From positions 5,952,001-6,016,000 of the forward strand of contig CM120646.1 of the NCBI GenBank assembly GCA_051362555.1: a stretch of DNA of 64,000 bases, written 5' to 3'. The notes under the pieces are model-generated. The model was not told the origin of the DNA, searched no databases, and saw nothing but the letters and a program-made list of their open reading frames with translations. The translations under genes were made by a program, and so were the position numbers. Source of the stretch: Lingula anatina (lineage: Eukaryota > Animalia > Brachiopoda). Each line of letters begins with the position of its first letter. Position 1 is the stretch's first letter. Below, piece after piece: positions 14,462 through 27,744 of the stretch.

Positions 14462-17400
14462 ATGTGGCTACTAATTCATATGAAGCACCTTGCCGTCCTT
14501 TCGTATTTCGTGATGACGTTGGCTGTTTCCGCCGTCCTTTCTAAAGGTAAGGGTGGTGTAGTTTTTATATATAACTTGATGCCAGTCTTAATTGGCTCTA
14601 GTCTTACAAGTTAAGCAAATCAGCAATTAAACCAAAGTCTAAATCAATCTCTTAAATATGTGCATTGCGTTTGCGGTTGTACAAGAAGTATGAAGCCGCA
14701 TTTTGCAACAGTAACGCTTTGCTGCACAAAGACTCAACCATGTAAGTTGTTAAACTCCATTTATCGACTTTAAATCATAGCCATCTACGGATATCTGCAT
14801 TGCATAGTCTCCATATTAAATACCTACAGCTCAGACTGTATATTCTGTTTTTTTGCATCCTTCTTAAATGATGGAGTACAAAATACTAAATTTCCGTAAC
14901 AGTTAATGAACACTGTTCTAAATGATAAAAATGACCGTGCAAGTAAAACTACCCAGTTACTGGGGGGTGGGGGGGTGGGGGGTGGGGGGGGGGGGGGTAC
15001 ATGAACATATATATATCATACAAAATAACACACTGGTGGACATCAGTACACGTCGGTGCACGTGTTTTGTGTAATATTTAGCAAAACATAGCTGTTTTGC
15101 AAAACTTTAAAAAACAAAATTTAATTAGATTTAATTATATAAAATATTAAAATAACTATTGATTTCTTCCACATAATTGGTGTGTATTACAGTATGTAAA
15201 ACAGAAAAAAACGATGGAGCATATGTCAGAATCCGATGTATGAGCGACAATGTCGTGATTCAGTGTTACCTTTGTGGAATATCTGTAGTATATTATCTAT
15301 GTATAGGGCTGGGCCATGCGGGTTATTGAAGTAGACGTACACAGTGGGGTAAACTTTGCATCTGCTCAATTTGTACGGTTACATACCTGATAACTTAAGT
15401 ATCTTTTAAGAGTAAAAGTATTATGTGTCGATACGCATGTTTGTTAACACCAATTAGGGAAGCGATGAGTAGATGCAAACTTGTATTGTATGCTGAACCT
15501 TTGACAGAAAACTTGTTCAGTATACATGTACTTGTATCGTTGCATTTTTTCATTTTCTAGGGAAGATAGACCAGAAGAAACCAAGAATATATGAATATTG
15601 TTCCTTTGACGGAAAACCAAACGTATCAGAAGCATTAAGCTCCTACACCATGCACCCCCTTCTGACGCCCAGTCTGTTCCCCAAAGTTCCACCCACGATC
15701 AACTTCGTGGCCATAGGACAGCAAGGTGGGCGATATTCTAATATGCCTGATGTTGTCAGGACATTCGATCATAGAAGGGATGTGTGTGTATTTTTTTCAG
15801 ATGTATAAACAGTGTTTTTTTTACCTTCTTTTTTCAATAGAAAGCCTTTATGTGTAAATTAATGTACCAGTAGTATTGTGTATCAAGATCCATGATGCAT
15901 AAACCGAGGAACCATAAGGATTTCAGGGATTTGTTCGTTATAGAACCTTTAAATGTGTACAGTTTCATTTCAGACGAAATTATGCATAGAAAAATTAGTC
16001 TGTTGTAGTACTACATCTGTACATCTTAAATTTGGCCTTGTTGAGTAGAAGAAAATATACTGATGATTATATTTCAATATATATTGCCACAAATCTTTTT
16101 TTCAGTGGAGCCACCGCATGAGAAAATTGCGAAGTATCTGAAATGGTATTCGCTAGACACAGGCGGCACAAACATGCTTGTGAAGGAATGCTTGGAACGG
16201 TCGTGGTTTGAAAATACTTACGGTGAATTCTCTCTCTGACTAGTTAAAACACAGCGTCAATATTTCGAATATCAGAAAAAAAAAAGTACATTTCAGGAGA
16301 ACTGATCTACGTGCATATAATTCGCTAAATCATAGCCTATGTAGAATTTTTTTGCCATGCTTCTTAAGTAGTAAACACTGATGGGTAGAGGGACACGTTT
16401 CACTACTCATTTTACTGCTCAGTTAATATCATAAAAATTATAGAGACAAATGGGTAAAACATTTAGTCATCATCCAGATGTTTTAATATAGAAAAGAACT
16501 TTTCACATCAGAAAACAAAACTTTACTTTCAGATTAAGGGAATTTTATTTGAATAATTTTATACATATATTTATTTTGCTTTTTATTACTTTATCTCTCT
16601 CTATACTTTAGACTAGTAAACAAGAATAAACAATATGAATTAACTCTATCTTTTTTAAAGTACGCTCATTGAAAATTTTGTAGATTTTTGGCATAATTCA
16701 TAATTCAAATTAAATATCATTGTAACTTTTTATTAGATTCAAATGAATGGCTGGGGCACCACGCACAAATGTTCCTCTTAACGGAGACAATCAGCATAAT
16801 GAAGAATCTAAGGCCACACCAAAAGGTTATAGTGACTTTCCTCTTTTAGACTAAGCATTATTTCTATGCAGTGTCCGAATATTCTGGGTATTATAGATAA
16901 GAGTTAAATATAATATTATTTGATAACCTCTGAAAGATACAGTCTTTCTGAAAGTTAAGATATGTACAAGAAAACAAAAAGTAATCACTAGTATAATGGT
17001 GCAAAACAACATTTTTTTGAACGCTTAATTTAAAGTTATTCATTTCGGCTTTGTAGTGCGGCGTCATACCAAATAGAGGACAATATTATAGAAAAGACTT
17101 TTTAGCTTTGAACATTAGGCGTCTGAGGGAAACACACGGCGACAAAGAATTCAATATCACACCCGAGACGTTTATTTTGCCCTTTGAGAAGGCGCAATTG
17201 AAAGCCGCTTGGAACAAGAGCAGTGAAGAACCAAAGTGGATTGTCAAACCGGTGAAGTATAAGAACGCACTGACATACAATGTACATACATGTCAGGTTC
17301 GTAGCCAGGGGGGGTTCGAGGTTCGAAAGTACACACATTTTGCTGGGGAAAGTTCCCCTCTGGGCAAAATGTTATCTAGGTACCAGTGCACGGAGGTTTC

Positions 17401-20400
17401 ATGGTAAAATGCCCTCTTTTTCACAAAAAGAGTCCATCCTTTTGAAATTGCTGGCTACTGGCCTGCATGTAAATATAACCCTCTACCACGACGACATTTT
17501 TACATATATTTCTCTGGCTTGCTCTGGACACAATCTGTACACCGAGCACCGAGCATATAATTATTAGCACAGAAGTGACGCCCACCTCAGCTGGAGAATA
17601 AATAAGCATACTCACAAACAATGTCATTGCGCTAATGTATGTTGGACTTACATTCAACATGTAACAACTGCGCTTTGCAGATGATCTGCAAATTTTAAAG
17701 TGGCCCAGAGCAAATTTTATGTACTGATATACCTGTATATGTTTATTGTTTCATACACGTTTTTTTATTGAAATACATTCATAACAATATTTACGGTGTT
17801 TTTGTTTAAATGTAGGCATTCTCTTGTTGTGGAAGAAATGTTGAAGTGGTTCATCAGTGGGAGCAATTGGACGTATCCCCGAGTCCACCAACGGTTGTCC
17901 AAAGGTATGTGTAGCAAGGAATAAACCTACCGTACTGCACATGTTTATTACATATATGTATAACGCATGAGTAGAAAATATAAATACAAAACAAACAATG
18001 GGTCGTGAAACATACTGAACAAAATGATGGATTTTTGCAGATTTTTATCTTTCACTGCTTACTGTTCTGTTCCAGATACATCGATAGACCTTATCTACTG
18101 GATGGCAAGAAAAACGACCTGAGGCTTTTCGTGTTCATAGCTTGTTTAGACCCTCTTCGATTTTACATATTGAACAAAGGTTTAGTCAAATTGGCCACTG
18201 TCAGGTATGTAATATGACCGATGTCACACACACACACATGCTTAGTCATTTCCATGTACTTCGAAGTTTAAACTGTATATAAATGATGTTGAACGTGACG
18301 TAATACTTGTTATGCACAGGACATGGCGTCCATACTTATTAATATGTTAGGGTAAACCCCCCTTTACACTGGATGGCGTCCTCTCTGCGTCCGTAGTGCG
18401 ACTATGAAACTGGCATCACTGTGGTCGTAGAAAGGAGGCACAAGCATCGCTTTGGTTGCAGAATAAATGCTCAATGATCGGCCAGTTTTCGGCACGTAAA
18501 GTATTAATTTTTTTTACTCTCAAACCGGTCCGTACTACGGGTCGCACAAAGGGTACCTTCCAGTGTAAAGGGGGCTTAACTAAACGATACAAACAGGATT
18601 TAGGCCCATTTACCTGATAGTGGGCGTCTACTAACAAACAAGTGGGAACTTGAGTATGAGAGTTCACCTCCTTGCAAATTGATAACATGGTAATGAGAAT
18701 CTTTATTCCACAGGAATGGGTACCATTACAAACATTTCCTGTAGGAAGTCCTATAGGACTTTATGTGACCCGATAGGCCTATAGAAAACATATCTAACTA
18801 AACTAAGGCATAGGTCCTATATGATTATGGACCAATTTCCTATAGGACACCCTATAGGACCCTAGAGGGAAATTCCATTAGGATAACGACCCGTTTCTTT
18901 ACTAAGCTGTTGAATACTTAAATTACACAGTATTTTAAAGGATATTGTTAAAACGAGCCGGAGGGTCTGGAGGGCTTGGAATTAACAGTTAAAAGCCCAC
19001 CCACCCAGAACCAAAACTGATAAAAAGCGTTGTTTTTTTTTCTGACAAAGACACCCTTGCTGGTTACATTCCTGTGTAATAACATAATTAGCACCCCTTA
19101 ATCATAAATCTGATTGTGTTCCAGATACTCGAACGACATGGACAGTTTGAACAACAAATTCGTGCACTTGACCAATCGAGCGATAAATAAGCACCACGAT
19201 TCTTTTATCACATACAAAACTTTACGTGGAGGATTTTTATGGTATGTGACCTGTGTGCAATCTTATGCCGCATTCACAACAGATGATGCTTGAACTAACT
19301 TGTCCACGAATCAAATATGGCCTACCCCACTTGAAAACAATGTTGCACAATCCCCTAATAGTCTCCCGCCTACCGCACGCGCCATCCTAAACGGCTCCAA
19401 GATTTTATTGCTAGGGATGGCGCGTGTGATGTAGGCAGGGAGACAGTTAGGGGGTTTGAAGAATTGCTTTCAAGTGGGGTCGGCCATATTTGATCCAGGA
19501 ACTAGTTAGTCCCCGGATCATCTGTTGTGGATGCCGACTTCTTACATGTATGTCATAATCTGGTCAAAACACATTTATGACAGGTACAGATGCAGATCAA
19601 GAAGGTACTTTTCTTTCCTCTCTTAGATATTTGCAGAAAGAATTATATCTTCGGTTAAATAATCCTAAATTTTCTTCAGTTCTATAGATTTAGGCCTGTT
19701 TTGATCTTTCAGTGTTCTTGTAATTATTAAATGAAATAAATGAGTTTTGAGAATTGATGAATTGCATTTAATGTAGAATCATGGCATTGTTAATGAGAAG
19801 TGGAAATAAGACGCACGCTTTTTATTTGTTTATATCATAAGGTCATTAGAGCCTCTTTGGGAGCATATACAGGAAAAGGGTGGAAACCCGCGAGAGGTGT
19901 GGGAGAACATGAAGGATGTCGTGCGAAAGACCATAATAAGGTATGGGAATGTTAGTGATTGTAGAACATGAGCATTGTACATCGTTAAATGCAAAATGCC
20001 TATGTAAGTAACATTTATGTGATATGGTCATAAAGGTTTATACTTTTGTATGTTATTGTATTGGTATATGTATGCATGAGCACACGAAAGCGCCTACGAA
20101 AGCGATTTTGTTGAATATCTAGGCTTCGGAATTGGGAAAATTTAACGATGCATCATGCACCATGGTCTAAATGTTGTTTATATATGTAAATTGAAACATA
20201 AAAGGTGAACGATTAAGTATTGGAAAACAGTTATCCGTTGGAATCGTTATGAGATACAAGATAACTCATTAATATTTAAATTGAAAGACAAAACGTTATA
20301 AAAAGTACATACGAGCTATCCAAATATTAGGCAAAATTTGGTTTTTTTCTTTGTCCAATCAACACCGCAAAAAATATTATTCCGTTAACCCCCCCCCCCT

Positions 20401-22509
20401 AAAAAAAAATGGGAAAAAAAAAGAAAGATGAAAATAAATAACGGTTCCCAACGTTTCCCAACGAATGCGCGAGGGTCAGATTTCATGAGCACTCTATCAC
20501 AATTTTTTTATACATCGTAATTTTAATTACACAAAATTTTCTTCCAGCGGCGAGAAAACCACGAATAAGATACTGAAATCTTCTGTAAAGTCTAGGACAG
20601 CGGTGCATGAGGTTTACGGATTTGACATTATGTTGGATGATGATTTGAGGCCTTGGGTTTTGGAGGTCAACAACCAGATAGGCCTCTAGTAAGTTTTGGA
20701 ATGGTTGTTATGCATGTCGATGCATGCCAAAGGTGTGTGCACGTGTGTCAAGTGAAGCAAGACCCAAATGCTTGTGTAGCTGTAAGAAAGTGTCATCATA
20801 ACTGAACATAGTATGCATGTCAGTGAATACCATAATATAGCCAGACATACAGTTTTTAGATATGTGCTTTTTCATTATCTCGTGCACCAGCGGCTTGGTT
20901 TAAACCCAGAGCTCTACAGCTTATACCTTCTCGTCATATTGGGTCTTGCGTAAACGTACAATTAAATCGCACATTAAGTCATGCGTAGGATATTGGGATA
21001 TGTGCGACTGTCGTTACGTGTCAGTGGTTTATCAAACTCATTTAAGTTTTGCTGCTTTGTATTAAAATATATTTCGTACGATGCGTATTTTATTGAGGTA
21101 ATGCGTATTCGAATTACAGCCGACATTCGGAAAATGTTGATGGGATAGTTGTGAAAGACATGCTTAATATAGCGGGATTCCAGATACCAGGAGATGCAGA
21201 CATCGGGACCAATGGTGAATTGAACCAAGGAAGAAGGTACACAGTGTTGGCCTATTAATATTGATCTTGCGGTACTAGAAAGGGATAGTTTTAATCACAT
21301 CCTCTTTTATGTTTGTTTATAGTTTATTCATATTCACGTACACTTTTACTTTCTATAAAGAACAATTATAAATGAAATGAACAAAAAGGAATAATTCAAG
21401 ATGTATATTCATTTAAGAACTAAAGTACCTGCTCAAATATATTTTCAAGCTGTACATGTTGTCTGAATCGTATTTAAAATCCAGGAACTTTGAATTTGAT
21501 GACGTGAAAATGGACATGCGGCTTCACACATATGTTTTGTCCCCAGACGAGAACGAGAAACATGCATTCTACTGCAAGTACGCAAATAATTTGGTAAGTA
21601 AATCAAATACCAACTGGCTGAAAATAGGCGTAGATTAGTAGGCAAAGGTGTGATTAATTAAAATTCAACTTGTTGTTGTCTCACATATACGGCAAAGACA
21701 AATATGAAACCCAATAACGTATGCACATTTAATTTATAATTACAGACAATCCAGAGCACCATATTGGATGTTCTTACCCCAGATGACGTCAGAGTTCTCG
21801 TAGAAACAATAGACGAGCAGAATAGGAGAGGAGATTATGAAATACTGTTCCCTTCTGAGTCTGATAAATACATTCAGTTCTTAGAGATACCAAGGTAAAG
21901 CAGGCGCACCGCATTACATTAGTCGGTCATAACGTAGACATTTTAAACATTAATTGAGGTTATTTAAATCAATGTTTTTCTAACGACAGAAATGCCTACT
22001 CGAAATAGGAAAAATGTAGATTTGTTCTTCTTCACACGCACTGCATTACATCTATATATAGATTATGACATAGGCATTTTTAAACATAGATTAATGTAAT
22101 TCAAAATAATCTGTGCTCATCTCGTGATTAAGAAACAGTCGAAAACGAAAAAAAAAACGTTGATTTGTTCTTCTTCTTTCCAGATACTACAATCTCTTAT
22201 TACACCAGTGGACCAAGCGTTTTAAAAACAGAGAATGGCAAGGAGTTCAGTTATTACAGGCACTTTGTCAGAAATCTATTCATCTGCAAAACCCAACAAG
22301 CGATCCAAAACACAAGGTATTTCGATCATTTATATACATTTTAGGATGGAAACTCGAATTTAAGTCCTGTTTATTTGCACTTCAGTATGACCGTTTGAAT
22401 GTAACACAAGCATTCGCTTTACATACGAAAATCAACATTTTTCTGATTCAAATAAGTCATTTATCCTTACTACATTTGCATTTTTCAGTGGACAAATCCA
22501 GAACGCTGA
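14462..22509 (+). CDS. TTLL4: TTLL4-like ATP-grasp ligase (tubulin-tyrosine-ligase family), divergent, with N-terminal signal-peptide-like exon, about 584 aa
   Basis: 15 phase-consistent GT-AG exons: 14462-14546, 15561-15725, 16106-16222, 16737-16825, 17057-17251, 17816-17904, 18076-18204, 19125-19241, 19842-19940, 20548-20688, 21120-21236, 21485-21593, 21746-21894, 22184-22316, 22489-22509. TTLL4-type motifs: PSLFPKVPPTINF, PETFILP, KWIVKP, VVQRYIDRPYLL, DLRLFV, DPLRFY, HLTN, HEVYGFDIMLDDDLRPWVLEVN, ILDVLTPDDVRVLVE, PRYYNLLLHQW. More likely a paralogue than the canonical orthologue. Confidence 0.85.
17294..17466. mobile_element. MITE with CAGG(C/T)TCGTAGCCAG-type terminal inverted repeats
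   Basis: CAGGTTCGTAGCCAG... at the left end and ...CTGGCTACTGGCCTG at the right. A related copy ends CTGGCTACGAGCCTG at about 29875. Confidence 0.65.
18356..18576. mobile_element. PIF/Harbinger-like MITE
   Basis: Terminal repeats ACCCCCCTTTACACTGGA / TCCAGTGTAAAGGGGGCT with TAA on both flanks. Confidence 0.75.
19268..19536. mobile_element. Foldback MITE, near-palindromic over about 270 bp, in a TTLL intron
   Basis: Left arm GCATTCACAACAGATGAT...AAATATGGCCTACCCCACTTGAAA...CGCGCCATCC mirrors right arm GGATGGCGCG...TTTCAAGTGGGGTCGGCCATATTT...ATCATCTGTTGTGGATGC. Confidence 0.75.
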
Positions 22510-22934
22510 CGCGAACGAGTTGAACAGAAGATTTTGGCAAAAAACGATCAACATGTATCAATTTGAAGGTTATTGCTAGCTAACTGGAGATAAAACCCGA
22601 CGTGTGTTCGTGTCATAGGGGTTGACTGTGTTTCATTTATATTAAAAAGTGTAATGTTTAATTAAGTTTAGAAGTATGTCTGACCATTCAAAACATCTTT
22701 GCAGTAGTTTAACTTTTTGAAAATTAAATCTGTCGTGTTATATTAATGGCCAATATCGTGATGCATCCGTTTTTTGTGAATATTTTCTTGAAATAATATA
22801 TCTATATCTATCTATCTATCTATATAAACAAAAGCTGCAATAACATGGCATAAGCAGTTAATAAATCAATAAACCAGTTGGCAGTCTTCTCGGTCAGTAC
22901 GTAGAAAGCTAAACTAGAGGTTGTATCCCAACCA

Positions 22935-25900
22935 TCACGACAGGCGCGAGTCCCACAGAATGAGCAGACGATCAGGTGCCCTCAGCACGCGCGGTGTCTT
23001 GTACTGTAATCGACTTGTACGAGGGTTGCTTTCCACTATGGCGTCCTTCAAGGCATTGAACGCCCCGGTCTTCACTTGGATAACTTTCATGGGGAGAATA
23101 CTTCCATTATCTCTCAACATCCTGTAAACTTCGTGTTCTTGGTACAAAACGTCTTCAAACTAAAACATATAAAGATAAATCTATATTGGTATCGACTTTA
23201 AATGCAATGGCGGGCATTACTGCCACCACAGTAAGCATACACCTGTTCGAATGGTTTTCCACTTTAAATACATTTTTTCTTCTGAAAGCAACGGTTACAT
23301 CAGCTTATAAAACCACAACTATTATTAGGAATTGTACAGTTCCATTCTTATATCAAACATCTCACATCTAAAAACTTGTTTTAGTTCCTAATAACACATT
23401 TGACAATTGAAAAAAGTATGCAAACAAAGAAATAATACAAAAGCACTTCCCATCTGCTTCTGTTGTGAAGTCATTCTCGCTTGTTTCTTGTTCGAGTTTT
23501 CTGACAACTCCATAAACAATACGTAGTGTCGTCCATTTTGTAGAGCGTCTGAAAAAAAAGTTTTATGTTGTTATGTGCAGTGGGTTGTTACATGAGACTT
23601 TATCTTTAATGTATATCCATAATTAAAGCAGACCAAACGATGTAAGACCTGCCGTGGATTAACTTACCAGCGATAGCATCAAAGTTGACGTTCTCCGTTG
23701 CAGTATATTCAACAATGTCAACATCGATGCGCTTGGCTGCTCCTCGGAGTGCGTGGACAAAGGCCCCCTCGGTCATCTTTTCCCAGTAAAGATTCAACAT
23801 CTGCCCCAGTCTGAAATAAAACATAATAGCGACATTTAAACGGATTTAACTTAAATATTTCCTCACTTAATTTCCACTGGTTGATGGTTCTATCCCGACA
23901 TTCAAAGTTTTTGTCATGTTAGTAACAACTAAGTTTTGTATCTAATAAAAGGCGGCCGTGATATCAATGACTAACAAATATGAATTATTTATTTCAATAG
24001 TTTGGTGAATTAAAAGGTTAAACACAACTGATAACGGTTACATCAGTTTATAAAACCACAACTATTATTCGGAATTGTATAGTTCCATAAAATAATAATT
24101 GCTTTTTTCTTGATGTAAAGCTGATCAGTGATCAGTAGGAGTTACCTATATTGGAACTCATATACTGGAACCTGGTTGTGAAAATCTACTATCTTCACCA
24201 CGTCACCTTGTCTGTAACGCACGGCAACCGCGGTTGTTATAACCAGTTCATAACACTGTCCTATTTGTACCTGATTGGGGGATAAAAAACATATTACACA
24301 ATGCATACAAATAAGACAACTAAAACGGATAAAGAATCAAACGTGTATTATAAAGAAAGTATCAGTTATATAAATATTAACTTTCAAGTAAATATGAGAT
24401 TTTGACAAAATTTGGGAACCCAGTAAAATTAATTGTGACGGGAACATCCCATGGAGTTGCCCAAACATTCATGCATGCAACAACAGAGCAAATTTGTCAG
24501 TGAAAACCCCGGGGAGGGGCATATACTACTTTAAAAGACCACTTCATGTTAAAAGAATTGTAATAGGAAACTCTCTCCACCCGTTTGAAAATCCCCCATG
24601 GCCATATGCATGTCTGTCTTGTGAAGCTTTCCAAATTCAAACTCCAGACAATAAAACCTTATTATAAAAAAATGTATGTGAAGCCTGTCTGGGGTCCTTA
24701 TTATCTCTCCAAGTGCAAAGATGGGTCAAACAGTTAGTGCTCTATTTGTGAATAACAGCAAATTGTTCTTTATCACAGTAAAATTCATTTTGGAGGGAAA
24801 ATCCCATGGAGTTGCCCTTAAACCTTAGTTTTTCCAGTGAAAAGAATAAAGAAAACATTAAGCTGAGACTAGAGCACAACTGCCTCATTAGAGCTACAGT
24901 TAATTGTGCTTACCTCCTCAATGGGCACCACACGGGGAGATGGTTTATCTGTTTCCTCCACAGGGATGAAGTCAAAGTGATTTAAGGAAGTCGTCATAAT
25001 GAACCGCGTTTGGCTGTTGTCGTCAGGGTCACTAAATCCGAAAAAACCCTCTGTGGCGGCATGGAGGGGATTACAAAACTTAACGTCTTTCAGATAATGC
25101 TTCTTCAATCCTTCGGCCTCAGGCAAAAGAGAACCCGAGCTCAACAATATAGCAGCGTTGCATTCCGGCCATAAACGGCGCACAATTCCGTCAAAGCCCT
25201 GTCTTATGATCTGTCTAATTTCAACAGCTCTTTGGGGATCCGCCCTCATATCAGTCTGCAACTTTTCCCTAATGTCCTCGGGTATGTCCAAATCGGTGTT
25301 CAGAGTACCGTGTTCTATATCGTCACATAGCTGTGGCCACTGGTGTTCCAAAGTTTGACAAAACCGGGTAGCAACAGACGGGAAAGAAAAGTTGAAAGCC
25401 CCAATATCAGGATCTTTAAGGGCAAAGAGAACATGTAAATAATGGGCCTCGTTTTCGGTAGTGACGTCATACACGACACGTGGTGAAATCAAATAACTTG
25501 GAAAGAACTCATACATCCCAGCTATAGGTCCAGTTCTTATGCCACTGTCAGTAAATTTTGTCTTGACTCCTATTCTGACCTCGTGATAGCGTTTCAGGTC
25601 ATCCCATAGCCCAGCTCTCTTAAAGCTTAAAGTACTAAAGAGAAGGTTTTTAAACAACTTTGATGGTTTGGCAAACATCTCCTTTGTATATACGAACGCT
25701 TTGTTTTTACCGGTGGTCCCTGAAGTAAAGGCGATGTAAAACGGGTCAAATGGAGTGATTTGGTTTTTTTCGCCCGCTACAGTTTTGTCAATGTAAGGTT
25801 TAAGGTCGGCGTAAGACAGAACTGGGTGCAGTTTCAAAAAATCTTCCCTCGTCCGCATCTGATAATAATTGTGTTTCTTGCCAAATTCCGTATTTTCCAG

Positions 25901-27445
25901 CGAGCGAATGTAAAACATTAATGCATCTTCTTGCATCTTGCTGATGTTCTTGCTTGCTGTCTCAAAATTCCTGAGAGAAAAATACCCAAACACTCGGAAC
26001 ATTTGTGTAAGAGTGTACTGTAGTAACACCGTCCTCAACGTGTGGCTTTTAGCGGGTCGTTTCCTGTATATGTCATAGGTGACAAGGCCTCCGGCACCCG
26101 TGAAGAATACCACTAGCCCTAACAAAGAATAAAAAGGAAAATTAAAATGTAGATTAATTCATATAGTGATAATAGTGAGATTTAAAGATCAAATTAAAAA
26201 GATCAGAATGTGTTTAGGTAACATGGACGGTGACCAGTATATTATATCATACGGATTCCTTTTTGCCAAAAATATATAAGGCGTGTCTTATCAGCCATCA
26301 TGCCTAGGAAGTTATACGCCTATATGGGCTAAATGTAATTTTCTCTTCACCCTATTACCTGAATATCTATTGTATTTCTGTCCGACTCGATAACAAGATA
26401 ACAAAAACTCAGTACTAGGAATATTTTGTAATTAAGTTGCCTTAAGCATGAATATATATTCTCCGGGTACCCGCACGAAAACGCAGTAGATACTCCAGCG
26501 CAGTAGACTACTGCAATCAGTAGTCTGTAGTCTGTCAAATTTAAAAGGGTGTATATTTATCATATACGTTTATTACTCTGAAGATGCTTTTTCCTTGATT
26601 CAGTTTTGTATGTAAGAGTGAAGATAAATTTTACAACACATATTGAAGATAAATTGCATGAAACTACCGTGTTATAGCAATATGAAATTGAAATATGCCT
26701 TTGGAGATTATAGTAAGCCGACGACCATTGGGTATAAAATAAACATTGTTTTAGGATTACCGCAAGCAGTTTCCTTAACATCTTCTTTTTAAGTGCAACG
26801 TTTACGGGACACATACATGTATACCACTGCTACACTTAAACTTAACCAAGGCACATGTGCTCTGCAAACGGTACGCCCTCTTTGCATAGCGCCATGAATG
26901 TACAGTGCAGTGTTGGTTTGATATGGACCCTGTTCATTGAATAACGTAAGACGCGACTTAAGGGTTCAGTAAGCGGGACATCGATTGGCCTTGCATACTG
27001 GTTTGTATTTCTCCACCTAACCTTCTCCTCTATCTGTTTGAGTGAATTGAAAACTACACCCCAATCTGACACGTCAAGTAAAGCTACTATCTTTAAAGGT
27101 CAGGTGAATGCATGATGAGATGTTATTTCTAAGCCGAAGGATAAATGATTCTCTGTACAGCGTTAATAATTAAAGCGTAAAATAAAATATTTAAATGGCC
27201 AGAGGAATATCTGTTAATACTCGGTAAAAAACAATCTGTGTTTTTGGAAGAGGGTAACGTAAAGTAATGTAAATACGTGTATATAATTAGTACACATACA
27301 AGGTACTTGAAGCTGACCTACCCCTGAATGCAGCTTGCCAGCCACTCGTGTCCTTCCAGTTATGGAACAAGTTGATGACTTGGTACAATGTCACCACTGT
27401 AAAAACCTGGCTCACAACCAAGAACTTGGTGCCAATAGAGAGCAT
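22935..27445 (-). CDS. GHDC: GH3-domain protein (GHDC-like acyl-acid amido synthetase), copy 1, about 639 aa; intron 5 donor is non-canonical (GG)
   Basis: Exons 27445-27322, 26118-24914, 24270-24146, 23810-23668, 23548-23451 and 23159-22935. GH3 motifs: FTSGTTGKNK, HAATEG, FDFIP, YELVITT...YRQGDVV, HYVLFMEL, QYKTPRVL. Confidence 0.85.
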
Positions 27446-27744
27446 TCTGGTAGTTTGGAACGCCTGTCTTGTTGATAAACCGCCTCAGTTCTTCGCCGAA
27501 AGATAATAGTTTGAAGAATATTTAAGTCAACTTGAGGCCCAGTTAGATGTGTCGCCTGCAAGACAGGTTGAGCATAATAAGTACATGCACATGTAGACAA
27601 AGTTTGCTAAATGGCGTTGCTTTATTTGTACATCAGTCTTAAGCTGGTGGGTGTATTTGTACCCGTGTGTACGTATCTAGGTCATGCTGATAGAACGCCA
27701 CGGGCAGTGAGGTACAGCAGCTACGATTAAATCAGTAAACGAAG

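Noticed and set aside
22935-22950. Possible peroxisomal PTS1 (SRL) at the GH3 C-terminus
   Set aside because: All four complete copies end SRLS*, so SRL is not terminal.
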